Below, one piece after another: positions 20,924 to 33,590 of a DNA stretch of 64,000 nucleotides; positions within the stretch are counted from its first letter, which is position 1; every line of letters begins with the position of its first letter. A program made the position numbers and the translations under genes. The notes below the pieces were generated by a model, which made no database searches, was not told where the DNA came from, and was given only the letters and a program-made list of their open reading frames with translations. This DNA is from the human T2T-CHM13v2.0 reference genome, Homo sapiens, in NCBI RefSeq assembly GCF_009914755.1, contig NC_060937.1. One strand, given 5' to 3'.

Positions 20924-21000
20924 GATATATATGCATATATACACATATACACATACACACATATATATACATGCACATATATATGTAGTGTACATATGTG
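20924..21000. repeat. (TA)/(CA) low-complexity microsatellite
   Basis: atatatatgcatatatacacatatacacatacacac... Confidence 0.85.
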
Positions 21001-21330
21001 TCCCACACATTAGAGAAAATAAAGGACACAGAATATAATTTTATTCTAATAAACTGCTTATCTGACTTCAGTGATAAATACAATAACCTTTGGTGTTAAT
21101 AAACTTTGTCTTATGGAAAAGCACACAAAACAGTGAGAAAATATTGGTTATAGCTCTTCAAAATCAGTAGCTAGTTGGGATAATAACTCGCTATAGAACA
21201 TTTTCTTCAGGAAAAACATTGTTATTGATTATCTTCATAAAAAAATTTGTTTTCATTTGACTCACATCATTCTTTTGTTGCGAAGTTTTCCAGGTTAGCT
21301 TGAAGCCTAATCATGTATTCAGATTATCCT

Positions 21331-21504
21331 CAATGGTTCTCATCACTGTCTGCACAAAACAGTCACCTGAGGCTTTATATAATACAGGTCTCTGGGTCCC
21401 ATCTCTAGAGATATTGATTTAATTGGACTGGGTTGCATCCAGCACACTCGGGTTTTTAAGACTTCAAGGTAATACCAGAATGCAGCCTAAGGAGAGAACC
21501 ACTG
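21331..21504. mobile_element. MER5A-type hAT MITE
   Basis: TIRs caatggttctc and gagaaccactg; internal gattta attggactggg. Confidence 0.8.
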
Positions 21505-24500
21505 ATGTAAGGGATTGATTTTTGTAAATACTAGACACATTCAAGATAATCAAAATTTTAAAACTTACATTTATATCTCCATTGTTTCCACACAGCTCCA
21601 TCATTATTTTAAAACCAATCAGCCATTAGTTAGATATATTTAACACACATTTTTTGCACCAAAGGGTATAACTATAATTATAAATCAAATAGTTGATGAT
21701 GATACTCCTTTCTCCAAACTCAAAATATAATTATGTATTTGTTCATTCATTATAAAAATACAAGTAGTTAAACAAGTTGGAATTTTTATGAATATATTTT
21801 TATATCTGAATTAAAATCACTTCCCGTGAAATTCTGTAGTGTTTGGTGAGGTGAGACATTTCCCAATGGGAGGCTCTCTTGTGTCTCATTATTATTAGGA
21901 ACTTGTGTGAAAGTAAGTGTAACATCCACTCATTATGTAATGCTTCCTATAAAAGAATTGCAAGAGCCCCCAAATTAGTGTTCTATTAAGGTATTGTTTT
22001 AATGATGGTAATTATCACTGATGGTAATGTGACTGCTTCCTAGGAGCTAAAGTAAACAGTCTTACTTTGAAGAATGTAATACAGAACATAATGACTCATA
22101 TAAATGAAATAGCCTGATAATCTTGTCAGATGAACTGTAACACCTTGTGGGACTATTAGAAACTATGTTAACTTGGATCTCTTCCTATTTACATAACGAG
22201 TTTTAATTTATGTCACGTAAATTTCCCACACTGAGTTAGACTGAGGTCAACTCTGGATAGTCTCACTGTTCCAACAGAAGCCTCATGAGATCTGGAGTTC
22301 CAAATTTGTCTACAGAGTACTCTGTAAAGACACACACACATAGGTGCATGCAGACATACACAACCACACATAAACATACCATGAAGAAACAGAGGCAACT
22401 ACAGCTAGATAGGACAAAAAAAAAGCAAAGAAAAAAACCTCAAAGAACACAAAACTACAACAATCAACAATACAGAACCTCATTATAAACAATAAAACCA
22501 TTCACAAACAGAACAATCAGAAACAATGAAAGGTTAAAGAAACAATATTGTCTATGAGAGATAGCTACAAATAGGCTCAGGCATGCATTAAAATGATTAC
22601 TAAGCCTAATGTTCTTCCACTGATTCTTCTTAGCCAGAGTAGCTGGGGACAGGAATGAGATAAAGGGAGTAATATTCTTCTATATTCAAACCTTATCATA
22701 GGCTTGTGATTGAAGCCTGGGTGACAGGGGTGTGTTTCTCTGCAGGATTTCTAAGATACACTGTTATCTCTTTGGGCTTGTGCCTTGCAGCATTGTAAAC
22801 ATGAACACTATATAGCCTATGATCCTATGATCAGATTTCTGCACTTCAAAATAAGTACTGCCCCCATTACTAATTGACATTTTCAAGTGTAAATTCTACA
22901 GAATAATGCATTCACATCCTTAAATAATGGGATTCAATTCATTATTTTAAAGCACATCTTTTTTTCAAGGGTAAATGCATAGTGCTGTACTTTTCTGGAA
23001 ACAAGCAAAAAAAGGGAACATCGATTTTACAAAAGTTAATTTCAAATACGAAAATAATTTACTTTTTATGTTATTGTTAACATGACGTGTTCATTAAGTG
23101 AGACATAAAATTATTAAAATTTATCTAGCAATGTCCTTTTAGGCAGCATTAACAGAAAAAAATTCTTTCACAGGTATGAAATATATTTATTAACTCACTC
23201 AAAAATATTTCCTGAATGGATGCTATGTTCCAGGCCTTATTCCATGTTCCAAGAATGTAACAGTGAACAATACAGACACATTTCCTGACCTCACAAATCC
23301 TCCAATCTTCCGATCTTTCAGTCGATTTATTTTTAGTAACTTCTGAAGATAGAATTATTCTTCATGGTGTCATTATAATTTAATCCCTACGTTCCCAACA
23401 AAATCCTTACATCAGTACTATAGTTGACAATTATAGATACTAACCTTTAAAAATAAAAACTTAATTTACTCAACATATTTTCAATTCACTAACAACTTAT
23501 AACTACAATTTAAAATTGTAACAGATTTAATTTTAAAATAATCTTCATGTGGTCGCTATAAAAGTTTCTGACATGCTATGGTTTATATTACAACATCCAA
23601 AAAAAAAAAAAAAGATATAACATTCTCATTTTGAAGTTAAGAAAAAAAAGTTCTATTATATCAAAAGTTAAGAAAAAGGTCATGCACAGCTGTTTTGATT
23701 GTAACTGCATTACTTTTTTTTTAATTTAAAATATAATTGTTAGGACTAATCATCCTTATATTGTTATTTACTACATAGTTCTGTAAAAGTAGTGTTTTAT
23801 TATATTTTTGGTAGTTGATTTTTCTTTCCTCTAGCCACTTTATTTAAATTTCCTGTACATATTTGAGTTTGTGCCCCCTGTTTTATAGCATCACAATGGA
23901 AGTGCTACTCTGTTGGAGTGAGGAAATTCTATTTGGAGTATGGGACAGGGTACTGATTTCCCACTGTAGTAGGATAATGTTTTCTTAAATATACAAGTCT
24001 TGTTGGATAGGAGGGGAGAAATGTGATTCAACAGACAGATAAACCACGGGTATTTATAATCAGGGTGTGGTTACCAAAAAGTCTGATCCTAAGGTGTGGC
24101 AGACCAAGTGCCAGGCAGAGACTCTTGGGAAGCATCAAGGACCACCCAGTTCGCTAACTCAAGGAGCCCACTGCATTTACAATCAACAAACACAATTTAT
24201 GCTCGTATGATTTTGACCTACCTGATTCTTCATATCCACTCAAAAGTCTTATACTTATCCCATAATCATCTGTGGTGTTATTCACAACAAACAAACCAAT
24301 GTTCCTCATCATTTCTCCAAACTCTCATCTATTTTGAAGCTCATGACAACAGTTTATGACATACATTGCCCCTTTTTGCCACAGCTATTTACAGATCTCC
24401 AGATCTGTAATTTTGTCTCCCTCATTCTCTGGAAGTTTAGTAATTCAGCTTACTATCTTTCTCTTCCAAACTATCTCTGCAACTTTTCAGTAAATTTCCT

Positions 24501-25715
24501 ATCCATATACACTATGCTTTCAATATCCATTTACACACGCAGTTCCTTTAGGAATTCTCCTTCAATGGACTTCTGGTCCCTGTTAGTTCAGCCATCTGAA
24601 CTTTGAAAATTACCAGTAACAGCTAACCCCTCTTCCTCACTTATTACTAGGTTCATCCCATCTTCCAACCAATCCATTGATACTACTGTATTTTCACTGT
24701 TCACCATGTCTTTCCTACCCATCTGACTTACATCTTATGACCACTCATTATAACCTCTTTCCATTGTTCATAAAGCCTCAATACCATTATCAACACCCGT
24801 GTTTTATTTTCCTGAAAAAATGTTTACTGTTTTCACTGGTTTTTCACTGGTCACCTGTTCTAAGTCATCATCGAATAAGTGAACTTAAAGGAGAAAACCT
24901 CACAACAGTGTTGAATGATCTCATTTTAATATCCTGACCACTGAACTCAAGGGATTCCTTAAGGCTGTAGGGTGATACCACTCTATCTCCTTATTCAATT
25001 TGCTCTCCCATTATTCTGCGTAACTGTTCCAATTATTCCCCACTCTATGGAACTAGAGCATTTTTCTTCCAGATACATATTCATGGCTATTATTTCACTG
25101 AGGAAGTAGAAAGTATATGAAGAAAATGCCTGCATGGACCCATCATCGAGTCTATCGACCTTCCTATACTCCTATCCTCTTCCCACAACAAATAAGCTAT
25201 ATGCTCCTATATAAGTCTCAGCTCTACACTTGTGCAACAGATCCCATTACCTCTTGTTTGCAAAGTGAATTACTCCGGCAACTTCCCTATCATGTTCCTG
25301 TATGATCAATGTTTTCCTTATTATTTGGGCATTTTCATTTGTATAGAAACATTGCAGTTTCTACTGCCTTAGAAACAAAGCAACAAAAAAAATAAAAGTC
25401 CATTGACTCTGCCTCTTCCTCTAATGCCTGACTTGACTGTTCTATTCAACAAAACTCATTGAAAGTGTAACTGTACTTACCGTCTGAACCCTTTCTCTTC
25501 CCATCCTCTCTCCAACAAACTTCAATCAGACTTTGCTTCCTCTACTCTGAAGAAATATCACATGCTGTTGTCATCTCTGCTCACCTGAATCCAGTGGTCA
25601 ATTATCAGTTCATGTTTAAGTTGACTTAACAGTATCTTTTCACACCCTGTTATCCTTCTACAACTTTTAGAACATTAATTTCCTCAGACCACAACTACAT
25701 TCTACCTTGGCTTAA

Positions 25716-27314
25716 TTTTTTTTTTTTTTTGCAAGTTTAAACTGATAATTTATTTGTGAGAAAAAAAAGGCTAGTTTTGATGAGAAAAAGTTCAGTCCTT
25801 TCCTTGTAAATACAAAGAAACTCAACAGGAACTTTAAAGGTAGTAGGACAGAAAATGCAAGAGTAACTCTTATAATCCTTTTCAATTAAACAGACAAATC
25901 AAGTTGAAGACAAGTGTTAAAATACTATTCGGACTGAATATTTATCAGCCTATACATCCTGTTGTTCAATTGTCTTTTGATTTAAAAAAAAAGCAAACCA
26001 ACAAACTTCTAAGAGGTATCGCCCCATTTAGAGTGATGAAAATAACTTAGTTCCCCTCCCCAAAGATATTTTTTATCCTCTAAAAATGCTATATAATATC
26101 TTACACAAATTAACCAGTGTTTTTACAAAAGTAATGCAGTTTTGGACTGATGATATTACACTGGATTTGTGGTAAAGTACTAGGCACAAGATATATATAC
26201 CAATTAGGCATGTTCAGTCTAATCAGTTTCTAAGGATATCATTTAATTCTTGGTAATATATAATAACTGGTATGATTTTGATACTTAAATCATAAATTGT
26301 GGAGAAGAAGAAGCAATGTATTATAGTAACAGGGTTTCTATCTAGCAAACAGTTGTAGTGTTGAACAAAGCTCTTCTATGAACTTACTGAATGTGTTTTG
26401 CCGTTGGTCACTTGTTGTAGAGCTTTGATTTGATTCTTCCGTCTTCATGCTTTCTCCACCTGCAGTCTTTAACATTTCTTCATCTTTGTCATCATGTAGG
26501 TCTTTTCAAATTAATTCTCTAGCTAGTTTGATATTGAGTCCCTCATTGTAGTGAAGCTTCCTTTTCATTTGAAATTGTCGCCTTTTTTCTCGTTCTTCAG
26601 GTGAGAGGTCACTAGCCTCCTCTCCACTGCTTTCTTGTTCCTGAACCCGATACTTTGGGTTCAAGCCTTCAGCAACAGCTAATTTCTTAGCTAAGATATC
26701 TGGTGCCACGGCTTCAGTGGTTTCTATACCACTACACGCATCTTCACCATCACCCATCTTACGACAGGAAGGAGTGCTTGGTTCAACTATTTTCATTAAA
26801 CCATAGTCTTTGTCCGCTGGATGATATGTCGCCAGGATGTTCATTTCTTCCCACTTCTGGGATTTTTTGCTCAGCTCCTCCTCGACACTCCCGCTGGGCT
26901 GTTCAGCCGAGGCCACCATAGAGGAAGCTGTAGAGGTCTTGTTCTTCAGGATCCCCTTGACTGGCCAGTGCGAGGCAGTCCAGGCCGCCATTTCTGGGCG
27001 CTCTGGCTGTTGGCTCAGGGTCGCTGCTTGGCGTGGAGTCCGGAAGAGAAGAGTCGGGCACTGGCAGAGACCGTCCAGGGAGCCGCGGAGCCCGCTCAGG
27101 GCTAAAGCGGCCGCATCTGCCGTCTCAGAAACGGCTACCTGAGTGGTTGTCACGAAACAACGACCCCGGCGCAAGAGCCAACGCCGAAGGAGTGGCGGCT
27201 GCTCACGGGCCCTTAACCGCCAGCACTTCAGCCGCTGGCCGAGGGGAGACGCCGGCAAGAGCTCCAGCTCGGGAGCGACGCCAAGCCTAGCGGGCCCGCC
27301 CTCTCGCGATATCT
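25716..27314 (-). pseudogene. PPP1R2P: Processed pseudogene of protein phosphatase inhibitor-2 (PPP1R2); possibly PPP1R2P10 (recalled, unverified)
   Basis: Intronless. ATG at 26991 reads MAAWTASHWPVKGILKNK...KSQKW...PSTP...KLHYNEGLNIKLAREL, then a premature TGA at 26506-26508 (parental Ser162). Parental C-terminus is readable beyond it to about 26376. AATAAA near 25749-25754, polyA at 25716-25730, TSD taccttgg(c/t)ttaa at 25703 and 27315. Confidence 0.95.
26840..27310. promoter_or_regulatory. CpG-rich island carried in with the PPP1R2 5'UTR/first exon
   Basis: Dense CpGs (gcggccgc, tcgcga, gccggc) in otherwise very AT-rich DNA. Confidence 0.65.
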
Positions 27315-29196
27315 TACCTTGGTTTAAATTCTATCACATTGGCAGCTGGTTCTCATTCCCCTTTGCTTATCCTTTCTCATTTTATGGATCTGGAATTTCT
27401 TCTGTGTCTACGAACTGAGACTTCCAACCACTTCTCTATTATAGTTTCTGCACCCAGTTGCTAAGTTATTTCGTGCAGTCCAATGCCTGGAAAAGTAGTC
27501 TGTATGTTTGATGACTCTGTTATATCACTTTATTCCGAGCTCGGCTTTTGTTTTTGGCACATCATAAGTCCTTTTAAAATACTGTTTGAAGAAATATGGA
27601 GATGAGTGAGACCTAAAATATCAGGTATCTTTATACAAGGAGCCATTGAGCTGGCTATTAGCAGAACCAGTGCTAGTCGTTGGACTTTTGATCTTATTTT
27701 GAGTCCAAATTAGGAATTCCTTCTTTCATCATGAATTTAAAATGCATTATTTTTCTCTTAAAAATGGTGCCTGCCAGATGATTGATGCCTTTATACTTGA
27801 ATATCAGTCATTAAACATTTCATTTACAGTCAAAATATACTTAATATACTCAGCACTATTAAATCTCGTTAATTCTGATAAGGGATTGAATGACTTGCAG
27901 TGTCATGATATCTAGCAATTGGGATGTTATAAGAAATACAGCTGATAGAGATAAATAGATGATAAATAACATAATATTCTTTACACAAATTTTTAAAACA
28001 AATTACAGCTTTTATTTTTATTTTGGACTAAGATATAACTGGTATCAAGTCAGGAATAGTGTGATCTTGGGAAATTCATTTATAATCTCACATTCCTCCG
28101 TTGTAAAATGACAAAAAAAATAACTTTCTCAGTGAGTTGTAAGGAGTAAACAAAATAGAATAGTGTCTGGCAAAAGAGAAGCTCTTTACAAGTTAATAAT
28201 TATGTTATTATGTAATCACTTAATTCAAATTGACATCAAATTGGAAGTATATTTATTAAATACATTTGTGATGTCAAGATACACTAATATATCTAAGAGA
28301 TTTAAAACCGAATCATATTTGACTTCTTTTCAGTGTTCATTCCTTTTGTAACAAGTGTGTGGTATTTATTTTAATATTTTTGTTATTGTTTTACTTGAAC
28401 CATAAAATCACCACATGCTTTCAGAATACAGCATTCCTAGATTCATTCCTGATTCACAGAACTGGCTATGGTAAGAAAACAATAATAATACATTTTAAGC
28501 TGATTATTTTATATGTTCTCCAAATCAATCAGTTTCTAGACTACCTCTCCTGGCCCACTACTATAGCATATTTTTTGCAAATGTCAGGGCGTATCTACAG
28601 CTTCTGTAATCATAAAAACTAATTTTCAGTCTTGGCACTAAGACTGTTTGCATATATTCGAAAGAATATTTGACTTTTGACCTTCTATTCATTTCCCTAA
28701 CACTTTTCAAATTTGTCCTTATTGATTCAATTCATTCTCTGTGCAATGTACTTTTTTCATGCCTGGGATATTTTTTGTGTTTGACACAAATGTTTAAGTT
28801 AATATAAAATTTAGGTTAAGTACATCAGATACTAAGAATTCTAGTTCAATATATGGTGACCTTTAGAGAATTACTTATGTTAGAAAATACACTTTGTCAA
28901 TGAATACTTACTTAGAAAAGCATTGTGTCCTGCTCAAGTGTTGCTTAAATAGAATTTATACGGTAGTAGGTCACCTTGAAAAAATATGGCAGATCGTGAA
29001 GGAACTGAGAAATAGGTTGAGCTAATGAAAAATGCATTGATGATGCTAAGACATTTGTCTGAATTTATAGAGCAAATTGTTGGGGGAGGCACAAGTAAGA
29101 AGGAGGCTTAATATTCAAAAGGTATTTTTTTATTAGTATCAGCGGAGCAAAGAACTATGTCTTCTCCCAGTATCTTAAACTAAGAAAGTAGACTAG

Positions 29197-30145
29197 TGAC
29201 ACAGGAATTTTCGGTGCTGCTTTGCCAGCTGGTGACTTCTGAGGCTGGTGACGCCCCTACCCAGGATTGCCCTTGGATTGCCACAGGAGGTACCCCACCC
29301 ACTTGGTTCAGTGGGCTGCCTTTGGCTTGTGCTCCAGGCTGGATCGAGCACTCACGGTGGGATCCCACGCTCAGCCTGCAGCTCAGCCGGGCATGCAGCA
29401 ACCTTCTTCCACCTTGGGCACCTGCATCTGGATGAGGGGAATGCAGTGGCTGCCAAGAAACTCGGAGACACCAGCAACTCCAGTATTATTATTGAGGGGG
29501 TATCATTCCCACCCTCTGCAGCTCAGTGTACAGGGGTGTGTTAACATCTTTTTCAGTCCTGTTGCCCAACTCTGGCCTGTGGTTCCCGGGCAGACCCAGC
29601 CCCACTGCTACTTTCTGTTGTCTAGGGCAGCCACCGGACACTGGTGGAGGACTGTGGACTACAGTGCTTCAGCCTTTTTCATACCAACGTTTGGCAGGTC
29701 CCAAGTTCTTGTCCCACTTCCAAGAAGAATGAAGTTACTCTGATAACTGAAGGGTGAGGAGGGTGGAGACTTTTACTGAGCGACAACAGCACAGGTTTTA
29801 GCAGAGAGGGGACCCAAAGAGGGCAGCCCCCTACCCAAAGTCGAGTAGCCTGTGAGGTGCCTGAGTCCGGTTGAGTCCTTGGTTTTTATGGGCTCAGAAT
29901 GGAAGAAGTGCATGCTGATTGGTCCATGGGCAGGAGGAAGTGGTTCTGAGTTGGTCCATGGGTGAGTGTGGAAAAAGTGCCAACTGACTGGCTGAAAGGC
30001 ATCAAGGAAGTTCCCACTCTGGGTTGCAGACCCTACCTGGAACTGGAAGCCCAGCCCCCAGGCTTTAGGTTATCCTTGACTTGATGGTTGGGCCCCACCA
30101 GGGACCTGCCCTGCCTAGGAACCTGTCTGCCTCCCGCCACCACCG
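29197..30145 (-). mobile_element. ERV1 solo LTR, MER52/LTR27/LTR28 family
   Basis: tgacacaggaatttt...cctaggaacctgtctgcctcccgccacc. Minus-strand TATA-like cccataaaaa near 29885. Flanks ctag/atag. Confidence 0.8.
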
Positions 30146-32999
30146 ATAGCATCTTTTATTAATGTAAGTTCACAAATACTACATCTTAGATTGTAACCAT
30201 TTAGTGCTAGCATTGAATAATTATATACTATAAGAGGAAATATTTTAAGACAGAATTAGTGACTATAGTTATAAAGTTATAAGTTGGGCTATTATCTATT
30301 TAATTTTGGATACTGGGGTGTCTTTATAGTTGCTAAAATTTTAATTCCAGTTTAATACAATACACTTAAAAATCTGTTTAGTTAACATGTATATTCCATC
30401 AACTTAATTCAGTTTTTATGTCTCCTCATGCAAGGAGCAAGAGGTTGGTAGACAGTTTAATTCAAATGAGAGTTCAGAAATTAGAAACTTGGCAAAATTG
30501 CCAAATAGCTTGCACCAGGCACTCTTTTAAAGTAAGCATTAAAAAATACCAACTCATCAAGCTGTGTCAACACTTTTATTCTCCTCATTTATTCTGCAAG
30601 GCAATTGAAAATCCATGAGATTTGTAAGATATTGACCATAATGTTTGCATCCTCTATGTTTTAATGAAATCCTTTTTTCCCTATTGTATAAGGGCTCCCA
30701 AAACAAACTCATTATATTCTACATCAAAAATATAATATTTTAATTATGGAAAGTTCTTTTAACTTTCCTTAATAGTCTTAAAGTATTTATTCCATAACTC
30801 TAGGTACCATTATATACGTGAATACATTTGTATGTTTTAAAGTCTCAGTCATTTTTGTGTTTTATTAGAAAATGAATTGTTTTCAAACTCAGTTTGAAAT
30901 CTTCATTAAAAATAAAATCTAATGAGTTATGTAGTGAAACTCATTTTAATGTCACTTATATATAACTAGAATTAAAGAATTAAGACAATAGTTCCCATAG
31001 TTTCAAAAACTATCCTTCTCTTCCACTATTATTGACATAGTCAGTGAATAAATTATCTAATTTACCATGTTCTCACATAGAAGTGATGGTTTCACCTTTT
31101 TGAAACCATGGTCTTCTAGAAAATGGGGAAATGCCGGCATGCTAAAATCAGCAATCTCTATGATGCCACAGGCATAAGCGGAAAAAAAGTCATGTTTCCC
31201 TAAGTTAATTTCTGAATAAAATAAAAATGTGTGGAATTGGGAGAGCATAAGATAGAGAGACAAAAGAGGATTAGAGAAGTTACAGAAAATCCTTGAAGAA
31301 GTGACAAGCAGAACAGAGACAGGTCAAAGTAGATTTATTTTTATGTCAGTATTTACTTATAAGTTGTGATGGGCTTCTAAGCTTACACTTTTAATATGTC
31401 CCTTCTTTTCTCATAAAGTGATGAAGCATGGTTTTATTCGACTATAATTAGTTTGGAGAAAAAGTGATTTGAGAAATTATCTCTTTTACATAATGATGAT
31501 ATTTTATGGATAATTAATGTTCATAACATTAGATTTTTAAGAAAGCAAATAAAACAATGCTAACAGCTGTTCTGATCCACATTTTAATGTAACAGTTTTC
31601 ACAGATAGTTTGTGATTTTGCTTTTAGAATATCCAGGGAAGTGGATGTGTTGTGTTTATATGTGAAATGACATACAATTACTTTAAGATTTTGGAGAATA
31701 TGATAAATGAAGACTTAAAGAGTCTCATTTTTCAGCTTCTAATCTTCCTTTGAAGAGAATGCCTAAGGTAAAAGCAATGTTAGTTTTTCACCTCATTTCA
31801 CTGATGAAGTGGTAATTCACAAAAGTGCCTCTGTAAGTTGAGAAAGTATATCCAGGTGTATAAATTTGAATGCATTCGAGCATTTGGTTTTTGCTTCAAG
31901 CTGCATTTTTCCTTTATATCAGAAAAGCTTTGAGACACAAGTGGTTAAATGAAGACTAATTAGAAGCAAGGTAACATTGAATAAGCATAACCTAAGTACA
32001 GAATGATGCCTCAACACTTTCTGTTAATGAATATTTATGTCCTTTTACTGCTTGTGCAAACACATATTTCTGTGCATATTCAGTTAGCTTTAATACTTTA
32101 AATAAATTTTTAAAAGGTTTAATTTTAATACCTAACTTTTGCTTAAAATATATCTTTATTCAAGTTATTTATTCCATTGTGCACATCACAACCTTTTACT
32201 TTAGATTCTGGATGGTTCCATAATGTTTGGTTAAGAATTTGTTTCTCTAAATGCTGAATAGTTCATGCATTTAATGAGAAATATATAATCTTGTATTTCT
32301 CTAAACTTGCAAATTCACTTATACTTCACATAAGAATGCACCATCAATTTATTTATTTTCAAGAAAAACTGAAAAGAATGATTAAGATAGTATTATTTGA
32401 ATTTATATTTCATTTTTAGAGCATAAAATGAAGTAATGATTCTCGTATCTTCATAATATATATTATAATCCTCAAAGGTCTCTAATATACAAAGTAAATT
32501 TTTCACCTTCCTTCTTTGCTTCTTTACCCTATTATTATTCTTGCTTTGTGCCGTTTTGTTTCTGCCATCTTATCCACAAAAATAAAAATATTTTTAAACA
32601 TATGTCATATTAATGTACTTTGAAATGTATTATATATTATAAGTAGCCTCTGTGCAAATTAATGCTCTTATCTTATTTGAAGTTTGTTTATTAAAACATA
32701 TGATTAGATTTTCTAGATATTTTCTGGTTTACTTTTCTTTAAAGTGTTTGCATTAATCACTGTGATTACTGTATTTTTTTTAATTTACTTTTTGGTCTTC
32801 CTCCTATAATATGGTCATTCTCCCTTTCCTTCAGCCAACTGGAATACTTAGTTAATTTATTCTTTTCCTAAATGAACATTTAATTATTGACTTTATAATT
32901 GTGAAAAAGTTTTGTCTATATCCTGTGATATTTTACGACATGGAAAGTTTTCTTTTTATGTAATTTATTTGATTGTTTGCATTTTTATTTTTTGTGGAA

Positions 33000-33395
33000 A
33001 TTTTAAGCAAATCCTAAGGAATCTAGAAGAGCCAAATCAATCTTGAAAAAGAGCAGAGATGGAGATTATGCCCTACAATATATCAAGGATTCCTATTCTG
33101 CAATAATTAAAATAGTGTAGTATGAAACAAAAATAGGATGTACACTAATGGAACAAAAGCCAGTCCAGAAAAAGACTCACCTCTATAGGCTCATGATCTC
33201 TCTCTCTCTCACTCGCTCACTCTCTGTCTCTCTCTTTAAATATATATATATGAAAAAGTATAGCTTATTTTTTAATAAGTCATGCTGAAGAAATTTGATA
33301 TTCATATTGGATTTAAAAACACCTTGAACTTTAACCTCAATCCATAACAAAAGTCATGATTTCCTAATAATTCAAGAGAATTCAATAATTCTCTT

Positions 33396-33431
<36 letters not shown>

Positions 33432-33590
33432 CACACATGCACAGGGGCCAAGACATGACTGGGTACTGCAAAAAAGAGTATAACCAAGTTGCCTGATAGC
33501 TAAAATATTCCAACTTGCTCATTAATCTTTGGAGTCTTTCAAATTAAACAACAATAAGATACCAATCCTCACCTATCATAATGTTTATTT
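33000..33590 (+). mobile_element. Ancient L1M ORF2 fragment containing (CT)n and (TG)n tracts
   Basis: agaagagccaaatcaatcttgaaaaaga...caataattaaaatagtgtagtat...aatggaaca; (TG)n at 33398-33428. Confidence 0.6.

Larger units (their letters stand above)
24200..27570 (+). mobile_element. Long degenerate L2 fragment interrupted by the PPP1R2 retrocopy
   Basis: C/T-rich L2-like sequence on both sides (aatccagtggtcaattatcagt...ttgacttaacagtatc), colinear across the TSD. Confidence 0.55.

Noticed and set aside
26992-27258. 89-codon N-terminal extension giving a 250-aa PPP1R2 protein
   Set aside because: It starts at TTG in GC-rich 5'UTR, where stop-free frames are expected. The true homologous ATG is at 26991.
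29180-29743. Overlapping ORFs up to 158 aa
   Set aside because: They lie within a GC-rich solo LTR and match no protein family I recognise.
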